Source of the DNA: Terriglobia bacterium | GTDB lineage: Bacteria; Acidobacteriota; Terriglobia; 20CM-2-55-15 | Direction of reading: 5' to 3' | Length of the DNA stretch: 64,000 bases | NCBI GenBank assembly: GCA_965218585.1 | Contig: CBDCLE010000003.1 | Coordinates: forward strand, 64,001 to 128,000 | Part shown: positions 40,857 to 50,808 of the stretch, in pieces | How positions within the stretch are numbered: the first letter of the stretch is position 1 | Layout: every line of letters starts with the position of its first letter | Made by a program: the position numbers and the translations under genes | The notes under the pieces: model-generated | What the model was told of the DNA's origin: nothing | Seen by the model: only the letters and a program-made list of their open reading frames with translations | Databases searched by the model: none

Positions 40857-42224
40857 TCAACGTTCGATAGCCGGGATCTGCTCCAGCAATCTCTAATCCC
40901 TTGTGCCGAGTGCACCAACAATTCCGAGCGGCATGTTCGAACTGATTCGAACGTAGCCCGATTGGAGAGTTTCAGGCACAACCGCGGTGTGCTGCCTGCG
41001 CGGCGACAGGGACAAATCTTCCGCGTTCAGGACGGTACCGTCGGATTGAACAACCTCGATCGTGACGTCGGCCTGAACGGCCAGCAGTTCGTTGGGATTG
41101 GCCATGGCGAGTCCCGAATAATAGGTGTTCCCACCTAACGCCAGCGGAAGAACCCACGGGCCCGTCGACGCCGGACCTATCGGGTACACCATGGATGACT
41201 CGGTGAAAGTTCCCTGACCAATGCTGGCGACTTCGAGGCTGCCGATCAGAGAAACAGTCTGGCCTCCGGTCTCACGAAGCCTAATGTAGCCGTCTACAAC
41301 GGGAGCAGGAAAAACAGCGATCCTCACAACACCGAACAGTTCCTGAACGTCGTTTCGAATCCCTTCACCCGGTCCCAGTGTTCTCCGAACGAGTTCGCCC
41401 ACGACGCCTCCGGATCCGTCTTCGGCGATGAGCTCGACAGTGATGGTTCCGTCTGTTGGATTGACGAGATTGAGTGTGGATCGATAGCCTCCCCCGAAGA
41501 CAAAGAACGGAGCCAGATACGTGCTTGTGGGATCCGGGACGGGTTCAGCACTGAGAATATTCCCGAACAGTGGTGTCTCCACCCTCTGCCACGCGACGAT
41601 TTCAGCGCCGGAACTCAAACGAAGGTACCCTTCGAATACCCGACCGCCCGCTCCGTTGTCGGGCAGGACATCGCGGAAGATATCTGAAATCCTCAACGTG
41701 ACACTCCTGTTGGCGGCGAGCGTCACAGCAAAGCTCCCTCGGGAAACGCCGTCGAGGCCGATCAGTTCCAGCGTCACACCGGCAGGAAGAAACCCTCCCG
41801 GCCTCACGAGCGTGACAAGCGTATCGGTGTGGCCCAGCTCTCTGAAACCTGTATCGATCCGTACGTCGGACAGCAGAAGCGTAGTAGCTGGTGCAAGAGG
41901 TTTTGCGATTGCCAACCGATCCGGATCTCCGTGAGCCAAAACAACGTCAACACCGGAAGCTGCAGAATCCACGCGGACCCAGCCCGAATCCGGACGCTCT
42001 GCACCGGAAAGAATTTATTCCAGCAGTAGCGCCCTTTGCTCGCCAGGCGACAGGGAGACCTGCCCGCTGGAAACAACACCCGTATCACCGTCGGTCGCCG
42101 AGACCTCAACGATGGCTGCTGACTCCGCTGAATTAACGAAGGAAAGCCCGATGTAGTCGTTGGGTCCTCGGTCGAAGAGCGGTAAAAAGCTCTGAAGAAG
42201 TACTGTAAGGAAAAGCGCGTTCAT
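40857..42224 (-). pseudogene. Secreted beta-rich hypothetical protein with in-frame TAA (42015-42017) and probable premature TAG (40893-40895)
   Basis: ORFs 42015-42224 and 40893-41972 share a frame (LLLE*ILSGAERPDSGWVRV); after TAG continues RLLEQIPAIER to TGA. Confidence 0.7.
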
Positions 42225-42357
42225 CCCTCTTGATGTCCCCTGATCATAGCCCTACCGCGAATGTCACAACGATATAGACGCTTGGAAAGCCATAGGGTTT
42301 ATCCTGACACTGAATTCTCGGTTTGTGCCGGCATCGGCATGAAAGGCGTCAAGCAGA

Positions 42358-43125
42358 GTGCAAACCACTCCGGATCGGGTCACATTCGAAGAATGGTTTT
42401 CGTTACTGTGGGAAAGGCACACGGCTGATCTGACCTTCCAGGAAATCCGAAAGGCCATTCAGGCCTTATCGCAAGGCTACGTCGAGACGAGGAGAAAGCG
42501 CATCTCGTCAGCGCTCGGAAGCGCAGGGAAGCGCGCTGGGTTTGCCGTCTTTTACGGACCGCTGCACTTCCTTTTGCTCCGCAGGATCTGCCAGGAACTC
42601 GAGGTCTCGCATCGCTCCTGCAATGAAATCATCGATCTGGGGTGCGGCACGGGTGTCGGTGGCGCAGCCTGGGCGATTGACGACTCCGGTGATCCCTCGA
42701 TCCTGGGAATCGATCGCAATTCCTGGGCCGCGGGGGAAGCCGAATGGACTTATCGTGCGCTGGGACTCCGAGGAAAAACCCGGACAGCGGACGTCAACCG
42801 AGTTCTCCTGCCCGGACCCGGTTCCGGCATTGTAGGGGCCTACACAGTCAATGAACTGAGTTCCGACGACAGAGACAAGCTCCTGAAAACTCTGATGGAA
42901 GCAGCATCGAGGGGTTCCAGCGTCCTGGTCGTCGAACCTATAGCCCGGCGATTGACTCCCTGGTGGAACGGTTGGGTTCCGTCATTCCTGGCTGCTGGAG
43001 GCCGATCCGACGACTGGCGCTTCGAGGTGACGTTGCCCGAGCGTCTGAAGCTCATGGACAAGGCCGCCGGACTCGATCACCGTGAGCTGACCGGCCGATC
43101 TCTCTGGCTGCCCGGATCCATTTAG
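42358..43125 (+). CDS. Class I SAM-dependent methyltransferase
   Basis: IIDLGCGTGVGG; VLVVEP. Confidence 0.85.
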   Translation: MQTTPDRVTFEEWFSLLWERHTADLTFQEIRKAIQALSQGYVETRRKRISSALGSAGKRAGFAVFYGPLHFLLLRRICQELEVSHRSCNEIIDLGCGTGVGGAAWAIDDSGDPSILGIDRNSWAAGEAEWTYRALGLRGKTRTADVNRVLLPGPGSGIVGAYTVNELSSDDRDKLLKTLMEAASRGSSVLVVEPIARRLTPWWNGWVPSFLAAGGRSDDWRFEVTLPERLKLMDKAAGLDHRELTGRSLWLPGSI

Positions 43126-43232
43126 AACGCTTACAGAAAACTCCGTGCACCCGTTGATTCGATTCGTTGATCTTTACTGTCCCATTGGATACCCTTGCCC
43201 TCTCTAAACACGACTTATTGGAGGGTGAACAG

Positions 43233-44813
43233 ATGAGATTCAGGTGGATTCTGACAGTAGTCGTCGGCATGACCCTACTCGCCGCATGTGCGTCGGAGCC
43301 GGCAGTTGGCCCCGAAGCCGGCCAGACCTTGCTCGACGAAGTCGCCGAATCAATAGGCGGATGGGACACTCTGTCGGCGATCGAACGGCAGGAATTCATT
43401 ACTCAAGGTAATGATTTCGACCCGCACCAAGCTCCCGAGCCAGGAGCAGTACTTCAGTTCAACGGTTTTGGGCAGACAACGATGATCGACTATGGAGGGC
43501 CCTCGATACGCATCGAGTTCGATGCGGAAAGGACGTATCCGGGCCCGGCTCCGGTGGTCTTCACCGAAGTCATCGATGGTGACACAGGCGCTCTGCTTGG
43601 AGTAGACGATGACGGTGAACTCTCAGCCAGCCGGATGCAGGGTAGCCGCGTGGCCGCGCGACTCCGAGACTATAACCGCCTTCCAAGACAGTTGCCTTTC
43701 GTTGCCCGTGGGGCTTCGGATCTGACCCGCGCTGAGGATCGAAATGTCGACGGCCAAACCTACGAGGTTCTGCAATACACGGACGGAAACAACCCGGTAG
43801 AGATCCTTGTCGATGGCTTCACAAAGCTTCCCGCCAGCGTCATCTATACGGAGACGGATCCGCTGATCGCCGATTACGAGAACGCGATCGTCTACCTCGA
43901 CTGGAGAGATACCCAGGTCTTCACTGACGCGGACGAACCCCTCGAGGCGCGGATGCCCTTCGGTCAGATAGTGACGCTGAACGGGGAAACCTTGCGTGAG
44001 GAAGCTTACAGAAACGTCATCAACAACGGCACTTTTACCGACGGTGCCTTCGACATTCCCCAAGACGTGCGTGATACAGACGAGCCCGGTGAACGCATCG
44101 TGTCGCAGTGGGTCCTACGGCGGGCTCATATGGGACTTGGAGGACAGGCCTGGGGAGACCCCGAACCCAACGTTACGGCCGACGAGGTTGCACCGGGTGT
44201 TTTACACATTCGCGGGGGGAGCCATCACAGCATGGCTGTTGAGATGGAAGATCATGTAATCGTAATCGAGGCGCCGTTGCTGGAGGAGCGCTCCGACGCG
44301 GTGATAAGCCTGATCGAGGAGGAATTCCCTGACAAGCCGATCCGCTACGTCGTAACAACTCATTTTCACGTTGACCATAGCGGTGGCATCCGGACCTACG
44401 CGTCGAAGAACGCCACCGTGGTCGTTCATGAAAGCATCGTTCCGTTTATCACGTCTGCGCTTGAAAGCCCCGGAAACATCCGGCCCGATATGCTCGCCCA
44501 ATCCGGAGTGACGCCAACGGTTGAAGGTGTCGCCGAGTCGATGGATCTGACCGACGGCAACCGCACCGTTCAGATCTGGAACGTTCCTAACGAACATGCG
44601 TTGGGTATGGTGATGGCCTATCTTCCGAACGAAAGGATCGCTTTTGTCAGCGACTTGTACTCTCCACCGGCGGCGCCACAAGAAGACAACGCCAACGCGC
44701 GAGCTTTTTATGACGCAGTGATCAACGCGGGACTGGAGGTTGATCAGGTCGTCGGAGGGCACGGGGGCCCGGCCGGATCGTTCCAGGTTCTGGCCAACGT
44801 CTTCGGTAACTGA
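43233..44813 (+). CDS. MBL-fold metallo-hydrolase lipoprotein
   Basis: Lipobox LAAC; THFHVDHSGG, FVSDL, GGHG. Confidence 0.9.
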   Translation: MRFRWILTVVVGMTLLAACASEPAVGPEAGQTLLDEVAESIGGWDTLSAIERQEFITQGNDFDPHQAPEPGAVLQFNGFGQTTMIDYGGPSIRIEFDAERTYPGPAPVVFTEVIDGDTGALLGVDDDGELSASRMQGSRVAARLRDYNRLPRQLPFVARGASDLTRAEDRNVDGQTYEVLQYTDGNNPVEILVDGFTKLPASVIYTETDPLIADYENAIVYLDWRDTQVFTDADEPLEARMPFGQIVTLNGETLREEAYRNVINNGTFTDGAFDIPQDVRDTDEPGERIVSQWVLRRAHMGLGGQAWGDPEPNVTADEVAPGVLHIRGGSHHSMAVEMEDHVIVIEAPLLEERSDAVISLIEEEFPDKPIRYVVTTHFHVDHSGGIRTYASKNATVVVHESIVPFITSALESPGNIRPDMLAQSGVTPTVEGVAESMDLTDGNRTVQIWNVPNEHALGMVMAYLPNERIAFVSDLYSPPAAPQEDNANARAFYDAVINAGLEVDQVVGGHGGPAGSFQVLANVFGN

Positions 44814-44840
44814 TTTTTATCGCCATAGGTTTAGACAGAA

Positions 44841-44869
44841 ACTAGAGGGCGCCTTCGGGCGTCCTTAGT
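44841..44869. terminator. Hairpin with UUCG loop after the MBL gene
   Basis: ACTAGAGGGCGCC-TTCG-GGCGTCCTTAGT; weak U-tract. Confidence 0.55.
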
Positions 44870-44947
44870 CGCTCAATGGCTGGTGTTCGGCTACTGTCAG
44901 CTGGTAGCATAATTGGATACGTCGAGCAGCAGTGGAGGAATGACTCT

Positions 44948-45997
44948 ATGAACCGAGGAATCGCAAAGTCTGTCGTCGCAATAGCTGTGGCACTGCTCGT
45001 TCAGCCGATAGCGGAGGCCCAGTCCAACGAAGCGCTGGCGATTATCGACGGCCTGTCCTTCAGTGAAGCCGATGTACGGGCCACTGCCGCCGATGAGCTT
45101 GAGAGGCTCGAAACACGGCGATTGCAGTTTGAAGCCACCTCCAAGGCGGAAGAACATCAAGTCATCGAGGAGGCACTCAACGGAATGATCGCGGATCGAC
45201 TTCTGACAAGGGAAGCCACAGATCGTGGCCTTTCGGTCGAAGACCTTCTTGCGACGGAAGTTACAGCAAACATACCGCTCCCGGCCGAAGAAGAAGTACA
45301 GAACGTCTACAACCTCAATCGTGAGCAACTGTCCGGAGTCCCCTTTGAAGTGGGCATGGGGCAGGTCCGGGATTTCCTCCGTCAGCGAGGCTATGATCAA
45401 ACCCTTGAGAATTACGTCCGAGACCTGCGCGAGCAGTATGGTGTCCAGTCTTTTCTGGGTCCGTATCGAGTCGACGTTGAAACGGAAGGCCACCCCGGGG
45501 TCGGGTCCTTCGATGCTCCCATCACAATCGTAGAGTTTTCAGACTTTGAGTGCCCGTTCTGCCGGCAGACCGAACCAGTCCTCAAACAGATCCAGGAAGA
45601 ATATGGCGATCAGGTAAGGTTCGTTTACAGGCAGTTTCCCCTCAACGATATCCATCCACGAGCCCAGAAGGCCGCCGAGGCATCCTTGTGCGCGGATGAG
45701 CAAGGGCAGTTCTGGAATATGCATGATGCCTTGTTCCTTGAACCGGTCGAACTGGAAGTGGCGAGCCTCAAGGCCAAAGCCGTTGGAGTCGGCTTGGATG
45801 CAGAAGCTTTCAATGAATGTCTCGACTCGGCCAGGTATGCGGTCCGCGTCGATGACGACGTCAGGGACGGTGTGCGGGCGGGCGTGACCGGCACCCCGAT
45901 GGTTTTTATCAACGGTCGTCCGGTTTCGGGCGCGCAGCCGTTTGAGTCCTACGTCGCGATTATCGATGACGAACTGGAACTCGACTCCCAAGAATAG
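44948..45997 (+). CDS. DsbA-family thioredoxin protein with SurA-like N-terminus
   Basis: EFSDFECPFC, GVTGTP..FINGR. Confidence 0.9.
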   Translation: MNRGIAKSVVAIAVALLVQPIAEAQSNEALAIIDGLSFSEADVRATAADELERLETRRLQFEATSKAEEHQVIEEALNGMIADRLLTREATDRGLSVEDLLATEVTANIPLPAEEEVQNVYNLNREQLSGVPFEVGMGQVRDFLRQRGYDQTLENYVRDLREQYGVQSFLGPYRVDVETEGHPGVGSFDAPITIVEFSDFECPFCRQTEPVLKQIQEEYGDQVRFVYRQFPLNDIHPRAQKAAEASLCADEQGQFWNMHDALFLEPVELEVASLKAKAVGVGLDAEAFNECLDSARYAVRVDDDVRDGVRAGVTGTPMVFINGRPVSGAQPFESYVAIIDDELELDSQE

Positions 45998-46051
45998 CGA
46001 CAGCGGCAGAGGAAGGTGACCGCGTCTTCCTCCAATCCTTTCTACGGAACC

Positions 46052-46633
46052 TCAGATCTCGCTCTCTTCGATCCATCGGTCCACCTCGGGACCCCGATAG
46101 TTTTCCAATCGGTCGAGCAGCTCCCCTCCGTTTCCAGCCACGGTCATCATGTCCCGATTCTTCTGTGCTATGAAGTTTTCCCCAACGGCATGGTCAAGGA
46201 ATTCAAGGAGACGATCGTAGTAGCCTTCGACGTTGAGCAGACCGCAGGGCTTTCGGTGTATACCCAACTGAGCCCAGGTCCAGATCTCAAGTAGTTCTTC
46301 GAGCGTGCCCAACCCTCCTGGCAACGCTATGAACGCGTCGGCAAGGTGCGCCATCTGAGCCTTCCGATCGTGCATGGAACCGACCACGCGGAGTTCGGAC
46401 AGGCCCGAGTGCGCCACCTCGCGGTCCACCAGGGGTCGTGGAATGACTCCGATGACGTGCCCTCCGCCCTCCAGCACGGTGTCAGCCAGCAAACCCATCA
46501 AGCCAACCGCGCCGCCGCCGTAAACCAGACCGAGGTCTCTCGAGATAAGGACAGCTCCCAGCGCGCGGGCAGCGTCCCCGTACTCGGAAAGCACACCCGG
46601 GCTCGACCCTGCGAATACACAGACCCGCTTCAC
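46052..46633 (-). CDS. LOG-family nucleotide phosphoribohydrolase (TIGR00730)
   Basis: LVYGGGAVGLMG, MHDRK, PGGLGTLEE. Confidence 0.93.
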   Translation of the reverse strand: MKRVCVFAGSSPGVLSEYGDAARALGAVLISRDLGLVYGGGAVGLMGLLADTVLEGGGHVIGVIPRPLVDREVAHSGLSELRVVGSMHDRKAQMAHLADAFIALPGGLGTLEELLEIWTWAQLGIHRKPCGLLNVEGYYDRLLEFLDHAVGENFIAQKNRDMMTVAGNGGELLDRLENYRGPEVDRWIEESEI

Positions 46634-47022
46634 TACGAGCGACCCAGTCCGTAGCCTATCCAGACGGCAAGCAATCCCGCTACGACGTGCAGGACGACAT
46701 TGAGTACGGCGCGGGAGGCATCGGCCTCTCTCACCAGCGCAAGAGTTTCATAGCCAAACGCTGAGAAAGTCGTAAAACCACCCAGGATTCCTATGAAGAG
46801 AAACAAACGAAGCTCGGTTCCGATCAGCTGCCGTGAGTCCCCCAATCCCCCGAGAACGCCAATGACGAAGCAGCCAACGACGTTGACCAATAGCGTCCCG
46901 TAGGGAAGGGTTGGGGATGGGAAAAGCCTATACGCAAGCCCACCGGCGCCGAACCGGGCGATGGACCCGAGAAACCCGCCAGCGCCGACCAGAAGCGAAT
47001 GCCACAACCAATTCGTGCTCAA
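46633..47022 (-). CDS. crcB: Fluoride channel CrcB/FluC
   Basis: GGFLGSIAR, GTLLVN, GGFTTFSAF. Confidence 0.94.
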   Translation of the reverse strand: MSTNWLWHSLLVGAGGFLGSIARFGAGGLAYRLFPSPTLPYGTLLVNVVGCFVIGVLGGLGDSRQLIGTELRLFLFIGILGGFTTFSAFGYETLALVREADASRAVLNVVLHVVAGLLAVWIGYGLGRS

Positions 47023-47051
47023 TCAATCCACCCTGTCTAGATGATTCGCTT

Positions 47052-47417
47052 CTATTCCGAATCCCGATGAACCGTGTCGGGCGAAAACGCGGGCAAACAA
47101 ACAGCTATGTACCGGGCGCCACCCGTTTCCGGACTGCTGTAACGGACCCATTCCCCGGGGCGCGCGACAACGGCCTGGCCGGCCCTCACATCGAGTTGTC
47201 CGCCTTCAAACTCAACCCGCAGCATGCCCTCGAGGACGAGAGTTATTTCTTCGAACTCCGGCTTCTGTCCGGGCTCGACCCATCCTTCGGGGGAAACCAT
47301 GCGCGCCACACTGGCTCCTTCGTGCCCTGAATTGACACGGCCGGCATACTCCTCGATGCGCTTGGGCTTGTTCCCTGCAGCATGAATAATTGTCGGTTTC
47401 TCTATCAGCTCCGGCAT
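47052..47417 (-). CDS. Cupin domain protein
   Basis: GNKPKRIEEY.GRVNSG, WVEPGQ.PEFEE, GEWVRYS. Confidence 0.85.
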   Translation of the reverse strand: MPELIEKPTIIHAAGNKPKRIEEYAGRVNSGHEGASVARMVSPEGWVEPGQKPEFEEITLVLEGMLRVEFEGGQLDVRAGQAVVARPGEWVRYSSPETGGARYIAVCLPAFSPDTVHRDSE

Positions 47418-47429
47418 TCGCCCGAATCC

Positions 47430-48236
47430 TCAAAAAGGTTTGTCTCCGTCAAGGACACGTCCGATTCCACCCAGGACCGATCCTTCACCCACGGACCGTC
47501 CGCCCCGTGAGGGCACTGCCGAAACAATACGGTTGGCTAGTCGGCTTAAAGGCAGCGACTGCAGCCAAACGTGTCCCGGCCCCTTCAGCGTCGCAAAGAA
47601 CAGGCCTTCGCCGCCGAACAGGGCGGACTTGATTCCTCCGACAAGCTGAATGTCGTAATTTACTGTTGCCTGGAATCCCACGATGCACCCTGTGTCGACT
47701 CGAAGTGTTTCACCCGCCGCCAGCTGCCTTTCGTAGAGCGTCCCCCCTGCGTGAACAAAGGTCCATCCATCGTCGTCCAGCCGTTGCATGATAAACCCCT
47801 CGCCACCGAACAAGCCGGCGCCGAGCTTTCGCTGAAACGCTATGCCGATGGAAACCCCCTTTGCCGCCGCCAGGAAGGAATCCTTCTGCGTTATGAGCTG
47901 GCCACCGATCTTGGCCAGATGGATCGGGATGATCTTGCCTGGATAAGGAGCTCCGAAAGCCACCCTCTTCTTTCCACCACCGCCATTCATGAAGACGGTC
48001 ATAAACAGAGATTCCCCAGTCAGAAGCCGTTTACCGGCCCCGACCAGCGAACCCAGAACACCACCGCCGTCGGATGGAGACCCGTCGCCGAATACGGTTT
48101 CCATCTCGATCCCGTCGTCCATGTACATCATGCCTCCGGCCTCGGCAACCGTCGCCTCCCCAGGATCGAGCTCCACCTCGACAAACTGCATATCGTCTCC
48201 GTAAATCTTGTAGTCGACCTCGTGCATCGTAGCCAT
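47430..48236 (-). CDS. AIM24/TIGR00266 family protein
   Basis: VAEAGGMMY, GESLFMT, FGGEGF, GPGHVWLQSLP. Confidence 0.93.
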   Translation of the reverse strand: MATMHEVDYKIYGDDMQFVEVELDPGEATVAEAGGMMYMDDGIEMETVFGDGSPSDGGGVLGSLVGAGKRLLTGESLFMTVFMNGGGGKKRVAFGAPYPGKIIPIHLAKIGGQLITQKDSFLAAAKGVSIGIAFQRKLGAGLFGGEGFIMQRLDDDGWTFVHAGGTLYERQLAAGETLRVDTGCIVGFQATVNYDIQLVGGIKSALFGGEGLFFATLKGPGHVWLQSLPLSRLANRIVSAVPSRGGRSVGEGSVLGGIGRVLDGDKPF

Positions 48237-48277
48237 GGTTCCTCCTTTCCTCGGAACAATATACGGAATACTGTCCG

Positions 48278-49219
48278 CTAAACGTTCCCTGTCAGTGCCC
48301 GGACATGAGCATGTACCGCACCACCCAGGTTGTCGAGGTTGTATCCACCTTCCAACATGGCGATGAGACGATTCGAACAGTGACGTTCCGCTATGCCCAT
48401 CAATTCCTTCGTCATCTCCGCAAAATCGGCATCTTCAAGCATCAGTTGCCCCAGGGGATCTTCGATCCGCGAGTCAAAGCCAGCCGAAATGATGATCAGG
48501 TCGGGCTGAAACTGAGCTTCGATACGACCCAGGGCCCCACTGAAAGCTTCTCGGTGATCCGACGCGGCAGTCCCGGATCGCAGAGGCACGTTGAGCGTTG
48601 CGCCCCGTCCAGCGCCGCTCCCCACCTCTGTCCCCGCTCCCGTTCCTGGATAGAACGGATATTGGTGCGTCGAAAAATAGAAAACGTCAGGATCGTCATA
48701 GAATATTTCCTGCGTGCCGTTGCCATGGTGCACGTCCCAATCCACGACGAGGATCCGCTCCAAGCCATAGCGTGCCTGAGCATACCGGGCAGCAATCGCA
48801 GCGTTGTTGAACAGGCAGAACCCCATGGCGAACTCGGGCCTGGCATGATGCCCAGGCGGACGAACGGCAGCAAACACGTTGTCCGCTTCTCCGGTAACGA
48901 CCTGATCGACACCGCGGAGTCCTGCCCCGACCGCCAGTCGCGCCACGTCAAAAGACGCTGGGCTGATAACGGTGTCGGGATCGAGCCGATCATGACCTTC
49001 ACTGCTGGCCTCTCGAACAAGTTCGAACAACGCTGAGGAATGGCACCGCGTAATGTCCTGTTCTGAAGCCTGAACGGGCTGGACGTGTCGGAGCTGGGAC
49101 CACAACTCCCGGTCACCCTCCAGGCTGGCCTGGATAGCCTCCAGCCGCCGGGAAGTTTCCGGATGGTATCCGGTGTCGTGTTCCAGAAAACGCGGATCGT
49201 AAATGAGAGCAGTGGCCAT
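48278..49219 (-). CDS. Histone deacetylase-family amidohydrolase
   Basis: HPE, RPPGHHA, GFCLFNN, DWDVHHGNGTQ, SAGFD, LEGGY. Confidence 0.95.
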   Translation of the reverse strand: MATALIYDPRFLEHDTGYHPETSRRLEAIQASLEGDRELWSQLRHVQPVQASEQDITRCHSSALFELVREASSEGHDRLDPDTVISPASFDVARLAVGAGLRGVDQVVTGEADNVFAAVRPPGHHARPEFAMGFCLFNNAAIAARYAQARYGLERILVVDWDVHHGNGTQEIFYDDPDVFYFSTHQYPFYPGTGAGTEVGSGAGRGATLNVPLRSGTAASDHREAFSGALGRIEAQFQPDLIIISAGFDSRIEDPLGQLMLEDADFAEMTKELMGIAERHCSNRLIAMLEGGYNLDNLGGAVHAHVRALTGNV

Positions 49220-49232
49220 GGTCCGCAGAAGA

Positions 49233-49799
49233 CTAAACAGCAGGTTGGGTACCCGACAACAGGTCTGTTGCAGTAAAAATCGGATAGAAAGGATAACGGG
49301 AACGGATCGCCTCAGTTCCACCCTCTTCTCGGTCCACTACAACCATCGTCGCGGCGACCTTATACCCCTCGGCTTCTACCTTCTCACAGGCTTCAAGGAT
49401 GGATCCGCCGCTGGTACATACGTCGTCGACGATGATGACAGGCGAACCTGGTGATCCCGACCATCCTTCTATCTGTCGCTTGGCCCCATGCTTCTTTGCT
49501 TCCTTACGGACGATAAAAGCGGGAAGGGGCGTTTTCTCAACTTCGCTGACAACCGCAACGGCTGCTGCAATCGGGTCGGCTCCGAGAGTCAGACCCCCGA
49601 TCGCTTCGGCTTTGATTCCGTTCTCGCGAATTGCACGGAGCATCAGCCGGGCCGTGAGCAATGCTCCGCGGGGATTGAGCGTCGTGGTCCGGCAGTCCAG
49701 GTAGTAGGAGGATTTCTTTCCCGAGGTGAGCACGAACTCACCCAATCGGAGCGATTGTTCGCGGATTACCTCAAGCAGACCCTGTCGATCCTGATCCAT
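49233..49799 (-). CDS. pyrE: Orotate phosphoribosyltransferase
   Basis: FVLTSGKKSSYYLD, RKEAKKHG, VDDVCTSGGS. Confidence 0.95.
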   Translation of the reverse strand: MDQDRQGLLEVIREQSLRLGEFVLTSGKKSSYYLDCRTTTLNPRGALLTARLMLRAIRENGIKAEAIGGLTLGADPIAAAVAVVSEVEKTPLPAFIVRKEAKKHGAKRQIEGWSGSPGSPVIIVDDVCTSGGSILEACEKVEAEGYKVAATMVVVDREEGGTEAIRSRYPFYPIFTATDLLSGTQPAV

Positions 49800-49890
49800 G
49801 CGGCGAGAGTATATCACCCAGTAATGACTGTTCTTATGGCCTCAAGGTTTGTGCGCCGACGGAGAGTGGGCCGGTAAAGAAAGGCGTGGT

Positions 49891-50565
49891 CTATTCAGCG
49901 TAGAGAGCTCGGAGTGCCTCGGTATCGCTCTCTGAGAGCCCGGAATGGAACCTGATGTCGCTTCTCGATTCCAGTTGCCTGCGGTAGCGCATAAAATACT
50001 CGGTCAAGTTCCCTCCGAACCCAAAAGAGTACATGATATCGGCGAACTGGTCGGTGTGGCCCAGCCCGACGGCATGCCCCAGCTCGTGAACACAGGTCAG
50101 ATAGACGATCGTGTCGCGGAGAAGCTCGTCCTTTTCGGCCCGGGCTCCAAGTTCCCGGCTCAGTTGCAAGACGCCAGGCATTACATAGACGAAAGCACCC
50201 GGCTTACCGTTGACCCGAATGTGTTGAGTTTCACCGAAGAGTCCCTGGTCGGCCGTCACCCAGATGAGTCGGACGAGTGTCCCGTTCTCGGTATCTGATT
50301 CCACGAAGTTCAGCCGGCCGCCGCTTTCACGCGACCAGGCGCCAAAAGCCTCCCGGGCAAGGTCCCGATCTGCAGGCTCATAACCGGGAATATCACTGCC
50401 ATCGGCAATGAAGTAGGGAATCGGTTCACTCGCATCCAAGGGGTCGTACCCCTGGAATAACACTTGACGCCCTAGGCCGCTCCCTGTCAGAACGAGCCCC
50501 GCCCCGAGGGCGGCCGCCACGCCTAAGACGATTGCTCCAAACAGGTTTCCCGTCACATGGCCCAT
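49891..50565 (-). CDS. Matrixin-like zinc metalloprotease
   Basis: HELGHAVGLGH followed by DIMY (Met-turn). Confidence 0.85.
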   Translation of the reverse strand: MGHVTGNLFGAIVLGVAAALGAGLVLTGSGLGRQVLFQGYDPLDASEPIPYFIADGSDIPGYEPADRDLAREAFGAWSRESGGRLNFVESDTENGTLVRLIWVTADQGLFGETQHIRVNGKPGAFVYVMPGVLQLSRELGARAEKDELLRDTIVYLTCVHELGHAVGLGHTDQFADIMYSFGFGGNLTEYFMRYRRQLESRSDIRFHSGLSESDTEALRALYAE

Positions 50566-50808
50566 ATCGGCGAAAGTATACCACCCACCCAGTTGGAGAA
50601 ATAGAACGACCGGGCCGCCCCAGAAGTGAGTATTTTTCAATAAAGCGCCGCGCTGGAAGATCCTCTGGTGAAATCAAGCTGACAGTTATGGTACAAAAGA
50701 GTTTAGCTTTCTGAACGTCCCGGTCTTAAGCATGTCCGACACGCCAACCTGTGACTACTGCGGCACGCCCAAGGCCATCCTTCAACCCCAAACAACGGAC
50801 AAAAATGC

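Noticed and set aside
14547-42017. Stop-codon reassignment (TAA/TAG read as sense, or pyrrolysine)
   Set aside because: Many intact genes here end in TAG or TAA, and the internal stops appear to replace different residues, so mutation or error is more likely.
47023-47051. Fluoride riboswitch upstream of crcB
   Set aside because: Only ~30 bp intergenic and no GGCGATGG-type motif.
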